Shown one piece after another: positions 41,207 through 51,652 of a stretch of DNA of 64,000 nucleotides. The notes under the pieces are model-generated. The model saw only the letters and a program-made list of their open reading frames with translations, did not search any database and was not told where the DNA came from. The translations under genes were made by a program, and so were the position numbers. How positions within the stretch are numbered: position 1 is the stretch's first letter; each line of letters starts with the position of its first letter. The DNA comes from a virus, in IMG/VR virus record IMGVR_UViG_3300027973_000059, positions 2,345 to 66,344 of that record. The stretch is one strand, 5' to 3'.

Positions 41207-44200
41207 TTGGCAATTCAAGGATTAATTTCAGGCGATTTAAAGGTAAGAGCGCTAAATGGCGTACTTATAGCAACGGACGGAATTGTAACTGCTACGAGCT
41301 TCTCATCAGGTTCTAGTGGGACTGCTGGTTCGAGTGGAAGTAGTGGTACCAGTGCAACTTCAGGTACTAGTGGTACAAGCGCTACTAGTGGTACAAGCGG
41401 TACGACTGGAACGAGTGGAAGTAGTGGCACAAGCGGTAGCAGTGGAACGAGTGGAACGACTGGAACAAGTGGTAGCAGCGGTTCTAGTGCAACTAGTGGT
41501 ACAAGTGGAACGAGTGGCTCAACTGGAACAAGTGGTTCTAGTGGAAGTAGTGCAACATCTGGAACAAGTGCTACAGCAGGTACAAGTGGTACAAGTGCTA
41601 CTAGTGGAACGAGTGGAACAGATGGTACAAGTGGGACTAGTGGCAGCAGTGGCTCTAGTGGTACAAGCGCGACAAGTGGGACTAGTGGAACAGATGGTTC
41701 TGGAGGAACAAGTGGTACGAGTGGAACCAGTGCGACAAGTGGTACGAGTGGAACGACTGGGACCAGTGGCAGCAGTGGAACAAGTGGTTCGTCTGCTACA
41801 AGTGGTACGAGCGGTTCTAGTGGAACCAGTGCGACAAGTGGCACAAGCGGCACAAGCGGTTTACAAGGCGATAGATATGCCACAACTTCATCGACAACAT
41901 TTACATTGGGTAATGCAGGGACTTTAACTGTAGGTACTCAATTAGCATATACGGTAGCTCAATCTATTATTGTGGTTTATGACGCAACCAACTTCCAAGA
42001 GTGTGAGGTTACAGCTTATAATCCAGCAACAGGTTCTTTATCATTTGCAGCTCCAACAAGAACAGTAGGTAGCGGAACTTATTCTGCTTGGTCTGTAAAC
42101 TTAGATGGTGCGAGTGGAGGAGATGGTAGCTCAGGTACAAGTGGTTCTAGTGGCTCTAGTGCAACGGCGGGTACAAGTGGTACAACCGGAACAAGTGGTA
42201 GCAGTGGTTCAGCTGGTACGAGTGGAAGCACTGGCACGAGCGGTAGCAGTGGTACGGCGGGTTCAAGTGGCACAACTGGGACTAGTGGAAGCAGTGGAAG
42301 TAGTGGCAGCAGTGGCTCTAGTGGCTCTAGTGGAACGGCTGGTACCGCAGGAACGAGTGGTCGTAATGGTATAGATGGTTCATCAGGAGCTTCAATTGCT
42401 AACTGGTATGGTGCGTTTACAAGTACAGCTACTCAAGTGGTTACAGCGGCAAATACACCAACAGCAATTACATATACCAATGATGAATTAAGTAATGGTA
42501 TGGCTTATAGTGGTTCACAACTTACTGTTCAACATACTGGTATCTATGAGATTGCTTATTCATTACAAATAGAACATACAGGAGGAGGAGGAGCAGATGT
42601 TGACATTTGGTTAAAGAAAAATGGCACTAACGTTGTTAGAACTGACTCTATCTTAGGTTTAAGAAGCCAAAGTGCAAAGCAATTGCCATTTGTTTCTATT
42701 ATTGATAGTGCAAATGCTAATGATTATTATGAAGTTTATTTTCAAGCAAATGCATCTGATGTTCAAGTAACAGCAGTCGCAGCAACAGGTACAATACCAG
42801 CAGCACCATCAATAATTACCAACATAAAACAAATTGGTATAGCTGTAGGTACAACTTCAGGAACTAGTGGTAGCAGTGGTTCTAGTGGAGTAAATGGTTC
42901 AAGCGGAAATACGGGTTCAAGTGGTTCGGCAGGTTCTAGTGGAACGAGTGGTTCAAGCGGTAGCAGTGGAACGAGTGGTGGCACAGGTTCTAGTGGTTCA
43001 GCAGGTTCAAGTGGGACGACTGGAACGAGTGGTAGTTCTGGTACAAGTGGTAGCAGTGGGACAAGTGCAACAAGTGGGACAAGCGGCTCTAGTGGGACAA
43101 GTGGCAGCAGTGGAACGACTGGTACTTCTGGTACGAGTGCGACAAGTGGCATTGGTGGTAGTGGAACAGCTACTCAAGTGGCTTATTTTACTTCTTCAGC
43201 AGCTATAAGTAGTTCATCTAATCTTTATTGGGATAATACTAATAATAGATTGGGTATTGGTACTTCATCTCCAAGTGCATCAGTTACTGCTTCTGCAACT
43301 ACGGCTTCAACTCAATTTAAAGCATTTGGTACAGGACCGGGGATGACATTTAGTGATGCGGTAGCTTCAGTAACTTATGGAGGTGCAATAGGTGTAGCAA
43401 CAGTATCAAATAATTATATTACAGGAGCAGTAGCAGGAGATATGGCAATTACAAACCAATCTGCTTCAACAGGCGCAATAGTATTCGGATTAGGAACTGC
43501 CGAAAAGATGAGAATGACCTCTACAGGAAAATTATCAATTGGTAATACTAATGATACTTATAACTTAGATGTTAGTGGTACAGGAAGATTTACTTCTACA
43601 TTATTGGTTAGTGGCTTATTAACTGCTTCAGGGTTTGGTTCAAATAGTTTTTCTTCAGGAGGTACAGGGTATAATAAAATAACAATTAGAAATACTACGG
43701 CTGGTGCGGCTAATGGTGCTCAATTAAGCGTAGGAACTGATGCCGACCCCGACCAATTTTATGTTCAATCATTTGCAACAACATTTACAACAAGTGGAAT
43801 GAATATAGCTGGTGGTGCCGTTGTTAATGGAGAAGGGCCAGGTGGTTTAAGTATAGCAGCAACTCAATCAAATATTGGATTTTATACTAATGGTTCAGGT
43901 GCTGCAAACGAAAGAATGCGTATTACAAGTGGGGGTTTAGTTGCAATTGGTGCAGTACAAACTTCTCCATCTGCTGTTGTAGATTTAACATTAGGATTGA
44001 ATAGATATATAATGTGGGGTACAAGTGGAAGTGGAGCAGGTACAGTTAGGTCTTATGGTATTTCAAACAATGAATTAGCAGCAGGAGATTTTGTAATTAA
44101 ATCTTCAAGTACAAATAATAATACACTTGATACTGTTAAAATGCAAATTTTAAGTAGTGGAAATATATATAATTATAATAATACAACTACTTGGAATACA

Positions 44201-44524
44201 ACTTCAGACATTAGAGTAAAAGAAAATATTAATACAATAGAAAATTCTTTAGATGTTATATTAAAATTAAACCCTGTTTCATTTGATTATAAAGATGAAT
44301 TTGCAAATAAAAAGAGATGGGATAATAAACAAAAATTAAATAATATTGGATTTATTGCACAAGAATTTGAAACAATATTTCCTAAATATGTTACATATTC
44401 AGATGATATAATTAATAATGAAGAAGTAAATGATTTTAGAAGTATTGATACAGGGCATTTGGTTGCATATTTAGTAAAAGCTATTCAAGAATTAAATGAA
44501 AGATTAAACAAAGCAGGGTTGTAG
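41207..44524 (+). CDS. tail fibre with (S/T)-S-G triplet repeats and C-terminal intramolecular chaperone (peptidase S74)
   Basis: Three G-x-S repeat blocks; TSDIRVKENI...LNPVSF...GFIAQE...LVKAIQEL. Confidence 0.85.
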   Translation: MAIQGLISGDLKVRALNGVLIATDGIVTATSFSSGSSGTAGSSGSSGTSATSGTSGTSATSGTSGTTGTSGSSGTSGSSGTSGTTGTSGSSGSSATSGTSGTSGSTGTSGSSGSSATSGTSATAGTSGTSATSGTSGTDGTSGTSGSSGSSGTSATSGTSGTDGSGGTSGTSGTSATSGTSGTTGTSGSSGTSGSSATSGTSGSSGTSATSGTSGTSGLQGDRYATTSSTTFTLGNAGTLTVGTQLAYTVAQSIIVVYDATNFQECEVTAYNPATGSLSFAAPTRTVGSGTYSAWSVNLDGASGGDGSSGTSGSSGSSATAGTSGTTGTSGSSGSAGTSGSTGTSGSSGTAGSSGTTGTSGSSGSSGSSGSSGSSGTAGTAGTSGRNGIDGSSGASIANWYGAFTSTATQVVTAANTPTAITYTNDELSNGMAYSGSQLTVQHTGIYEIAYSLQIEHTGGGGADVDIWLKKNGTNVVRTDSILGLRSQSAKQLPFVSIIDSANANDYYEVYFQANASDVQVTAVAATGTIPAAPSIITNIKQIGIAVGTTSGTSGSSGSSGVNGSSGNTGSSGSAGSSGTSGSSGSSGTSGGTGSSGSAGSSGTTGTSGSSGTSGSSGTSATSGTSGSSGTSGSSGTTGTSGTSATSGIGGSGTATQVAYFTSSAAISSSSNLYWDNTNNRLGIGTSSPSASVTASATTASTQFKAFGTGPGMTFSDAVASVTYGGAIGVATVSNNYITGAVAGDMAITNQSASTGAIVFGLGTAEKMRMTSTGKLSIGNTNDTYNLDVSGTGRFTSTLLVSGLLTASGFGSNSFSSGGTGYNKITIRNTTAGAANGAQLSVGTDADPDQFYVQSFATTFTTSGMNIAGGAVVNGEGPGGLSIAATQSNIGFYTNGSGAANERMRITSGGLVAIGAVQTSPSAVVDLTLGLNRYIMWGTSGSGAGTVRSYGISNNELAAGDFVIKSSSTNNNTLDTVKMQILSSGNIYNYNNTTTWNTTSDIRVKENINTIENSLDVILKLNPVSFDYKDEFANKKRWDNKQKLNNIGFIAQEFETIFPKYVTYSDDIINNEEVNDFRSIDTGHLVAYLVKAIQELNERLNKAGL
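41300..43165 (+). repeat. degenerate 9-nt coding repeats (three blocks)
   Basis: AGTGGTACA/AGTGGAACG-type units encoding SGT/SGS. Confidence 0.9.
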
Positions 44525-44575
44525 CTACATTTGGATAATTAAATTAATTAAGTATCTTTGCAAAAATAAAAATAT

Positions 44576-44755
44576 ATGAACCAAGAAACTAAACAATTAC
44601 CAGTACCATCATTAACAGCAGAACAAGTTCAAGTATTAATGAACTATGCTAACGAGCAATTACCCACTAAGTATGGTAAAGAAATCCTAGGATTCATTGA
44701 GAAAGTAGCCATAGAACTAGACAAAGCTCAAGTTACAGAGGCAGTCACAGAATAA
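44576..44755 (+). CDS. small protein (59 aa)
   Basis: Read manually; after TATCTTTG promoter at 44553-44560. Confidence 0.6.
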   Translation: MNQETKQLPVPSLTAEQVQVLMNYANEQLPTKYGKEILGFIEKVAIELDKAQVTEAVTE

Positions 44756-44786
44756 AAAAACCGTAAATTTGTAAAAAATAATAAAA

Positions 44787-45131
44787 ATGGCAATTTATAA
44801 CTGGGTTGTATCCAAAATGGATGAAATACCTCAAGAAGGTTCATTATTAGACGTAGTAGTAACTGTTCATTGGCGTAGAAATGCAACTACTGAAGTAGAT
44901 GGCAAAGTATATGTAGCTGATGTATATGGAACAATGGGTTGTACTACACCTAGTCCAACAGACTTTACAGCTTATCCAGACCTTACTTTTGAACAAGTAT
45001 GTGGGTGGTTAGATGCGGGCTTAGATGTAGGTGCATTAGATATTAATTTAGATAGTCAATTAGAGAAATTAATTAATCCTCCAATAATAAGTTTGCCTTT
45101 GCCTTGGGCTACACCAGACGCCATAGCTTAA
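44787..45131 (+). CDS. tail fibre-associated protein
   Basis: VVVTVHWR...FTAYPDLTFEQVCGW...LPW pattern common after fibre genes. Confidence 0.6.
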   Translation: MAIYNWVVSKMDEIPQEGSLLDVVVTVHWRRNATTEVDGKVYVADVYGTMGCTTPSPTDFTAYPDLTFEQVCGWLDAGLDVGALDINLDSQLEKLINPPIISLPLPWATPDAIA

Positions 45132-45133
45132 AT

Positions 45134-47164
45134 TTACAAAATTTTTTGCATTTGTGCAATAACCATTTCTGCCGTTATTGATGTATGGCAAATAAAATTT
45201 TGGTTTCGCGGACACCAATTCCAGTTTGCAGAATCTAGCTTATGCTCTGACCAACAATCATGGCATACTTTCGTATTTACAATCCTTGTACATTTTGTAG
45301 TAAATTCATAGTCTGATGCTGTAAAATTTGCTATTAAAAATACATAGGTTCCAATAGCAAAGGCTAGCCAACTCAAACCACTACTAAGTGATATCTGGAA
45401 TTCAGCCCCTGCAATTACTTGCATAGTATATTCAATTGAAGTATCAGCTATAGGCTCACAATTATCAAATGGGTTAGCTTCTTTGGAAACATTGATTACC
45501 CTATACCCTTTAGAATGGAGGTAATTTATAACGGTTTGCCATCCGCTCCTTGTCCAAAACTTGCATTGTGCTGTAGAATTAGTCGCTATTGTCACATATC
45601 TGCCCAAATCCAGCCTTTCTCTGTTCACCCTTACTCTTGGTACCAACTCCTCAAAATCTAGCCCTAAAACGTTCGAGGCGCATTGTTGTAGTGGAACTTT
45701 GTTCGCAGGCACTGGTTCTTTATCAGAATCATGGAAATAACCCAACATGTACATAGCGTAACAATTTACCATCGTCCCCGGCTCAACAAACTCTAAATCA
45801 GGGTAGTCCAGTATTTTATTCCAAAAAGTGGACACTATAACCTCACAATTATGCTTTACTCTAAAAGCCTCACAATAAGGAATAAATGCAAGCGTATCAC
45901 CTAAACTACGGCTATCAATCGCTATAAAAACTTTTTTACCTTCTAAGTCCATAGTGCTATTGTAAATCAAATCTTTGCCCTCGAAAACTTTTGTCCTCCA
46001 TTTTGTGTACCACTGCCTATTTAATCGTACCCAATGGTTTGCTTTTATCGTATTTTGGTAATATATACTACCTTTTTCGTCTAAAAATTGAACCAAAAAA
46101 TCACTTTCACTATTGCCTTTAATCTCTAAAAATGGCTGATTGACAAAGTGTTGTGTAATGGATACTTGCTGTTTTCTAATTGGCACCTTCATAAGTTCCT
46201 TATAAGCTCTTTCATGCTTTAAGGCAAATGCTCTTGAATTTTTATCGTTAGAAGTTTTATATTTCCTCGTAATGGTTCTTAAATCTGTATCAATAGGGTC
46301 TAGGTATTTGGTAAACATATCGCCATATTGTGGTAAGTTTCTAGCCACTATCGGTAGCGTATGTGCCATAGCCTCACGCAAAACTAATGGGTTACATTCC
46401 CAAGTAGAATTAAACATAAAAACATCCGCCGCAGTCATAAACAATTCCACATCAGCTCTCTCACCCCATATCTTAACATTAGGTGGGACATCTTTCATAA
46501 GTGTCTGCCAATAATCTGCAAAATTGCCTGCTTGATTACCAACTGAATGAAACATCATTTCTGGATATTTTTTAGCTATCTCAAGCATCTCACCTTGGTT
46601 TTTACCTTTAGTCCATAAACCAACATTAAGAATATGCTTTTTATTCAAGTCCATTCCTAACTGCATCTTGGCTTTAATCTTTTCTTTATTACCAATAACT
46701 TTAAAATCAACAGGGTATTCTATTGTTTCATATAAGCTTTCTAAATCAGCGAATGTGTCTTCATGGTAAGGACTACAGAACATAAATAAATCTGGATGAA
46801 AAACCTTTGTACTTGTGTCAAATGCAATATCATGGCATGTTTCAATGATATACCATTTTCTATCATTTTTATATAAAGCTTTCATCAAATGTTGGTCTAA
46901 TCTTTCAGACATCTCATCAATATGAATGATATCGGGATTGATACGATTAATAATTTCTATTTTATTATCACCCGCATAGAATTTCTCACCCAATAAATCT
47001 ATAATCGCATTTCTTTGCACTACATACGCATCCCCATGAAAGCTATGTTCTATAACATAAACCTCAATGCCTTCGGTATGCGTAAGCAAACTTTGTATGC
47101 GTTTTAAAATAAATTGTGGACAACCCCCCGTTGATAAGTGAGGAGCTAAATAAACTATCTTCAT
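45134..47164 (-). CDS. GT4-like glycosyltransferase fused to a TibC/AAH-like (GT9-type) heptosyltransferase domain
   Basis: PHLSTGG, KGKNQ, WECNPLVLREA; then SRSLGDTLA, PLQQCAS..LGL, LSSGLSWLA, CHDCW...WCP...C. Confidence 0.75.
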   Translation of the reverse strand: MKIVYLAPHLSTGGCPQFILKRIQSLLTHTEGIEVYVIEHSFHGDAYVVQRNAIIDLLGEKFYAGDNKIEIINRINPDIIHIDEMSERLDQHLMKALYKNDRKWYIIETCHDIAFDTSTKVFHPDLFMFCSPYHEDTFADLESLYETIEYPVDFKVIGNKEKIKAKMQLGMDLNKKHILNVGLWTKGKNQGEMLEIAKKYPEMMFHSVGNQAGNFADYWQTLMKDVPPNVKIWGERADVELFMTAADVFMFNSTWECNPLVLREAMAHTLPIVARNLPQYGDMFTKYLDPIDTDLRTITRKYKTSNDKNSRAFALKHERAYKELMKVPIRKQQVSITQHFVNQPFLEIKGNSESDFLVQFLDEKGSIYYQNTIKANHWVRLNRQWYTKWRTKVFEGKDLIYNSTMDLEGKKVFIAIDSRSLGDTLAFIPYCEAFRVKHNCEVIVSTFWNKILDYPDLEFVEPGTMVNCYAMYMLGYFHDSDKEPVPANKVPLQQCASNVLGLDFEELVPRVRVNRERLDLGRYVTIATNSTAQCKFWTRSGWQTVINYLHSKGYRVINVSKEANPFDNCEPIADTSIEYTMQVIAGAEFQISLSSGLSWLAFAIGTYVFLIANFTASDYEFTTKCTRIVNTKVCHDCWSEHKLDSANWNWCPRNQNFICHTSITAEMVIAQMQKIL

Positions 47165-48525
47165 AACTTTAAATATTCTATAAATTCATTAATCTTATTT
47201 ATATCTTTTTCTCCATGGTAAAAAAGTAAATCATCTTTTTGTGCTGGCACTTTAAACCATTCACCCATAAAGTATTCATAACCTTTAAACTCAAGACCCT
47301 TGCGTAATCCATTAACATAAACTAATGGCAATCCTCTGTATGCTTTAAAATCATATAATAATGTTTGCAGAACGCTTTCTTCGTTGTACGGAGCATATCT
47401 TGCATTGTCTTTTAATATCATTGGGTGTTGACATCTATGACCCCAAATATCTAAGAAATCAATAGAATTTTGTCCTGCAACAAAATAACCCGTTTGTCTA
47501 TAGCCAGTGTATTTTCTTTTTGATTGGTCTGATTTAAACAATTCGCAGAGTGGAGCTTCTAGTGTATCACTTAAATCATCATAACTACTCGCACCACCTT
47601 TACCATTAATTATTAAGAAATCATATATCCCTTTCGTAAAGTATGGGTAATCTGATTCTACATTAAAGTAATCAAAGATGCTATCTACATATGGACTTGC
47701 TATACTATCTGTATCCACATAAGCCACTACTTCAGCATATTTCAAAGCATCTTTTACTATCTTAGGTCTTTCGATTAGTAACTTATATATCTGTTTATCT
47801 TCTCTAACTATGTAGTCATTTCTTTTCTTTAAATGGATTACATCACAATCCCATCTTTTAGTAATGGTATTTTCTACTTGTACTTTATTGTTCGAGTTAA
47901 GCATATAAACATAAATAGGATAAGTGCTAAAATTTCTAATGGAACGACAACAAGCATCCACAAGGTCATAATAGGAATCATCAGCATAAAGGACGTAAGC
48001 TTTCTCATGTTTTTGTTTTTTATTTGTGTAATAACCATAGAAATTATTGCCATAAAGCAGTTCCAAATCTGGGTATCTTTCTAGCATTATTTCAGGCGTA
48101 AGGTCAGGCTGTAAATGGGTTTCATGGACATTGCCTTCATACTCACCTTGCTCCATAACATAGGGAACAGCTACAAGATATTTTTTACCTCTTACTTTCA
48201 AAAAATTCATAAGCCATTGAGCATCTTCCACAGACAAATGTTCCAAAACATCACCCAATATATAAAAATCATAGGCTCCAAGTACATCAAAGGGCATTTT
48301 AAGGATATTCTCTTCATAAACCCACCCATACTTATTCTTTAACCCATATTGGTTTATGTATGGTTCCCATATTTCTACTGCATCCATTTTATAACCATAA
48401 CCACGAATTAAATCACTATAAGTACCACATCCTGCTCCAATATCTAATATAGTAGTATCTAAGGGGACATTTTGCAGAAACCAATTTCGGACAGAATCTT
48501 TGTAGAGAGGGTAGCTTGTAGGCAT
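47161..48525 (-). CDS. class I SAM methyltransferase fused to a GT-A-like domain
   Basis: LDIGAGCG, GDVLEH; YVDTDS DxD motif, EESVLQ, FYHG. Confidence 0.75.
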   Translation of the reverse strand: MPTSYPLYKDSVRNWFLQNVPLDTTILDIGAGCGTYSDLIRGYGYKMDAVEIWEPYINQYGLKNKYGWVYEENILKMPFDVLGAYDFYILGDVLEHLSVEDAQWLMNFLKVRGKKYLVAVPYVMEQGEYEGNVHETHLQPDLTPEIMLERYPDLELLYGNNFYGYYTNKKQKHEKAYVLYADDSYYDLVDACCRSIRNFSTYPIYVYMLNSNNKVQVENTITKRWDCDVIHLKKRNDYIVREDKQIYKLLIERPKIVKDALKYAEVVAYVDTDSIASPYVDSIFDYFNVESDYPYFTKGIYDFLIINGKGGASSYDDLSDTLEAPLCELFKSDQSKRKYTGYRQTGYFVAGQNSIDFLDIWGHRCQHPMILKDNARYAPYNEESVLQTLLYDFKAYRGLPLVYVNGLRKGLEFKGYEYFMGEWFKVPAQKDDLLFYHGEKDINKINEFIEYLKL

Positions 48526-48541
48526 AGTTGTATGTTTTGTA

Positions 48542-48598
48542 CAAAAGTAGGAATTAATTTAATTAAATTAATGATTAATGGTAAAAATCTTATCTTTA
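48542..48598. promoter_or_regulatory. divergent promoters
   Basis: TACTTTTG (-, 48542-48549) and TATCTTTA (+, about 48591) around AATTAATTTAATTAAATTAA. Confidence 0.5.
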
Positions 48599-48602
48599 GC
48601 CC

Positions 48603-48980
48603 ATGAAAATAGAAGTCAGCATAGGTGAAGTGGTGGACAAATATACCATCCTAACCATAAAAAAGCTTTTAATACACGATACAGAGAAGCTTATAAACAT
48701 AGATAAAGAATGGAAGGTGGTAAAAAACGCCCTCAACAGAAAGCACTCAGTCATTTTAATAGACCCCTTAGTCCAAGAGCTGTATTCCATAAACAAAAAA
48801 CTATGGACAGTAGAAGACCATCTAAGAGAACACGAACACAAAAAAGATTTTGGAGAAACTTTTGTAGAACTAGCTAGAGAGGTTTACCAATTAAATGATG
48901 TCAGAGCCATCATGAAAAAACAAATCAACGCCAAATACGGCTCAGAACTAACCGAAGAAAAATCATACAAAGAATATTAG
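48603..48980 (+). CDS. DUF6165-like protein
   Basis: VSIGEVVDKYTIL.IK...N..LW.VED..R...AR.VY..ND.R...K..IN...EEKSY. Confidence 0.7.
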   Translation: MKIEVSIGEVVDKYTILTIKKLLIHDTEKLINIDKEWKVVKNALNRKHSVILIDPLVQELYSINKKLWTVEDHLREHEHKKDFGETFVELAREVYQLNDVRAIMKKQINAKYGSELTEEKSYKEY

Positions 48981-49034
48981 GTTTATTAATTTAATTAAAT
49001 AACTTTGCCAAGATTGTAACAATTATAATAACTT

Positions 49035-49259
49035 ATGAATAAAGTAAAAGAAATATTGCTGTCTTATATGACTGCTATGAATCCAACAGAAAAACAAAAA
49101 GAAGTAGCTGAAAAAAGACTTGAAATATGTATGGATTGCGAGGAATGGGCAAAAGATGCCATAGTACAACATTGCAAAGCTTGCGGGTGCGCTACAAAAA
49201 TTAAAGTGTTTACCCCTGTAGGTTCTGGGGCTTGCCCAAGGTCTAAATGGACAATATAA
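49035..49259 (+). CDS. small Cys-rich protein (DUF6171-like)
   Basis: RLEICMDC...CKACGC...K......CP..KW. Confidence 0.65.
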   Translation: MNKVKEILLSYMTAMNPTEKQKEVAEKRLEICMDCEEWAKDAIVQHCKACGCATKIKVFTPVGSGACPRSKWTI

Positions 49260-50155
49260 TGGCAATAGTTTACATACATAGAAGAAATGATATACAAGAT
49301 GCATTCTTAAATGTATTTTATGTTGGTATTGGTAAAAATACCCAAAGGGCTTATGATAAAAGAAAAAATGATAGGTCTGATTTTTGGCATAAAATAGTTG
49401 CTAAAAGTGGCTATGCAATAGAAATTACACATGTTAATTTATGTTGGGAAGAAGCTTGTGCAATAGAAAAATATTTAATATGTTTTTATGGCAGAAGAAA
49501 TTTGAATTTAGGTAATTTGTGCAATTTAACTGATGGCGGAGAAGGTGTAATAGGTCATATAGATACGCCTGAACAATTAGAAAAAAGAATACAAGCAGCA
49601 ATAATCGTTAATAATAGAGATGGGGCTAGAGAAAAAATGAGCATAGCTTTAAAAAAAGCAACTTCTAGTCTAGAACATAGAAAAAAAATGAGTCAATTAG
49701 GCAAAGAAGCAAGTAATAGACCTGAAGTAAAACAAAAAAGATTAGAAAAATATAAAATATTATTACAAAATCCTGAATTTAAAGAAAAGCATAGATTAGC
49801 AACAAAAATGGCATTAAACAACCCTGAAATTAGAAAAAAAATTAGTGAAGGTGGGAGGATAGCACAAAATAAACCAGAGGTAAAAGAAAAAAATTTAATA
49901 CATCTTAAAAAATTACATGAGAATAAAAAACTTTTAGAAAAAAGGAATAATTCTATTAAAAAGGCTTGGGAAGAGAAAAATAAACTAAATATAACATTAT
50001 CAATAAAAAGATGTGAGAACCCTAGATGCAATAAGGATTTTGAGCAAAAAAGGTCATTTCAGAAATATTGTTGTTATAATTGTGGGGGAAGCGTTTACAA
50101 GCAAAAAAAACGAACAATGGCAAAAAAAGTGGACAATATAAGTAAATTTATTTAA
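49259..50155 (+). CDS. GIY-YIG-like homing endonuclease with NUMOD3-like repeats
   Basis: VYIH...FYVGIG...R...E..LI..YG...LCNLTDGGEG; basic repeats; C-terminal Cys cluster. Confidence 0.75.
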   Translation: MAIVYIHRRNDIQDAFLNVFYVGIGKNTQRAYDKRKNDRSDFWHKIVAKSGYAIEITHVNLCWEEACAIEKYLICFYGRRNLNLGNLCNLTDGGEGVIGHIDTPEQLEKRIQAAIIVNNRDGAREKMSIALKKATSSLEHRKKMSQLGKEASNRPEVKQKRLEKYKILLQNPEFKEKHRLATKMALNNPEIRKKISEGGRIAQNKPEVKEKNLIHLKKLHENKKLLEKRNNSIKKAWEEKNKLNITLSIKRCENPRCNKDFEQKRSFQKYCCYNCGGSVYKQKKRTMAKKVDNISKFI

Positions 50156-50184
50156 TTATTGGCTATATTTGGTAAAAATTTGAC

Positions 50185-50370
50185 ATGGGAAATAACACAT
50201 TAGCTGACGTATCTGCATCTGTAAGTTTATTAAGTGCTGCTGTATCTATGACTACAATTCAGCCATATATTAGCTTAGTTGCTAGTTTAATTGGTATTTG
50301 TTCTGGTTCGTTTGCAATAAGGTATTATTATTTTAAGTTTAAGGAGATAAAAAAACGTGGCAACAATTAA
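50185..50370 (+). CDS. holin-like membrane protein
   Basis: Hydrophobic segments, basic C-terminus; TATATTTG at 50164-50171. Confidence 0.5.
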   Translation: MGNNTLADVSASVSLLSAAVSMTTIQPYISLVASLIGICSGSFAIRYYYFKFKEIKKRGNN

Positions 50371-50908
50371 AAACATATTAATATTAGCACTTATTGTTGT
50401 GGTGCTATTTTTTGTTTTAGCCCCTAATAATGGAGGAGGTGGCACTAAAGTTATCACCAAGATAGACACAATAATAAAGCACGATACAATAAAAAAATAT
50501 AAGAAAGGGAATAACATCCCTTTTGTCGTTTTAGATACTCTTTATCAAATTGACGAAGTTCATGACACTACTTACATTGTCAATGACTACAATACAATCA
50601 AGGCTTATTCGGATACTTTACAGATAAATGCGGATAATAGCGTATATATTAAAGATACCATTACTCAAAACAGAATCATAGGAAGGTCATATAAGGCTAA
50701 TCTAAGTGAAAAAACAATTACAATTACCAACGACATATACCATAAGCCCAAGAACGAGCTTTATATAGGTCTATTAGGCGATATTAGACGCTTTGATAAC
50801 AAGATAGGAGTAGGAGTTGGTTTAAATTACAAGAAGCAAAACGAGGCTTATACCATTAGTTTTACCACTAACCAAATAAGTCTAGGCTTATATAAAAAAT
50901 TATTCTAA
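50357..50908 (+). CDS. membrane-anchored lysis-module protein
   Basis: N-terminal TM; DT-rich region. Confidence 0.5.
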   Translation: MATIKNILILALIVVVLFFVLAPNNGGGGTKVITKIDTIIKHDTIKKYKKGNNIPFVVLDTLYQIDEVHDTTYIVNDYNTIKAYSDTLQINADNSVYIKDTITQNRIIGRSYKANLSEKTITITNDIYHKPKNELYIGLLGDIRRFDNKIGVGVGLNYKKQNEAYTISFTTNQISLGLYKKLF

Positions 50909-51210
50909 TGGCTACAAGTAAAAAAGTAAACATAGGGGCTAACCCATTACCAATAAGTTTTAAAGACTTTGCCAAAAATCCTGTAGTGGGAACTTTGTTT
51001 ATTGTCTTAATAGCTATTGGGTATTTATATGTAGATATAAGAAGCACATTCCAATCACAAGCCAAGTCCCAAGATTTTAGAATTGAAAAAGTAGAAAACA
51101 GATTAGATTTAGTTCAAGAAGCTTTAAGAAGAAGCGACTCAGCTAAAGCAGTATCTACTACTCAATTAAGAACATTGCAGGAACTAGGCGCAATTAAATC
51201 CATCAAATAA
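50908..51210 (+). CDS. membrane protein with coiled coil
   Basis: One TM followed by heptad-like helix. Confidence 0.55.
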   Translation: MATSKKVNIGANPLPISFKDFAKNPVVGTLFIVLIAIGYLYVDIRSTFQSQAKSQDFRIEKVENRLDLVQEALRRSDSAKAVSTTQLRTLQELGAIKSIK

Positions 51211-51325
51211 TGAGAGATTTATTAAACGATTACGGGTTCCATATCCAATTATTATTAGTTGGCGTATGCTGGGCATTTATGGCGGTTTATGTATATGAAA
51301 GAATAAAAGAGAAAAAAAATAAAAA

Positions 51326-51652
51326 GTGAGATATTTTTTATTAATATTTTTGTTTGGATGTCAAGCTACTGCACAGAACGAAAGTGAAACTGCAAAAAAA
51401 GATAGAGAGTTTCAAAACCTTTTATCAAAAGTAGAAGAAAACACACAAGCAAGTGCTAAAGTTCAAAAAGAGGCTAGTAAAAAACAATCACAAATAGTAA
51501 CGGAAGCCGTTAATACAATAGTAACATTAAAAGAAGAAAACAAAGATTTAAAAACAGAGTTAAATGAAGTTAAAGTTAAGCTTGATAGTGCTAATGCTGA
51601 TACTATCATACCATTTGTCTTACTCCCAATACCCCGTAAAAAGGTTATTTAG
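51326..51652 (+). CDS. lipoprotein, spanin-like
   Basis: Signal peptide with LFG-C lipobox; coiled coil. Confidence 0.55.
   Translation: MRYFLLIFLFGCQATAQNESETAKKDREFQNLLSKVEENTQASAKVQKEASKKQSQIVTEAVNTIVTLKEENKDLKTELNEVKVKLDSANADTIIPFVLLPIPRKKVI

Noticed and set aside
40657-41207. Group I intron around the HNH genes
   Set aside because: Only a few nucleotides separate the endonuclease ORFs from intact neighbours, leaving no room for an intron core
41215-43208. Alternative-frame and antisense ORFs (LVP/VV repeats)
   Set aside because: By-products of the 9-nt SGT repeats of the fibre gene
41207-44524. Diversity-generating retroelement targeting the fibre
   Set aside because: No reverse transcriptase and no template/variable repeat pair seen
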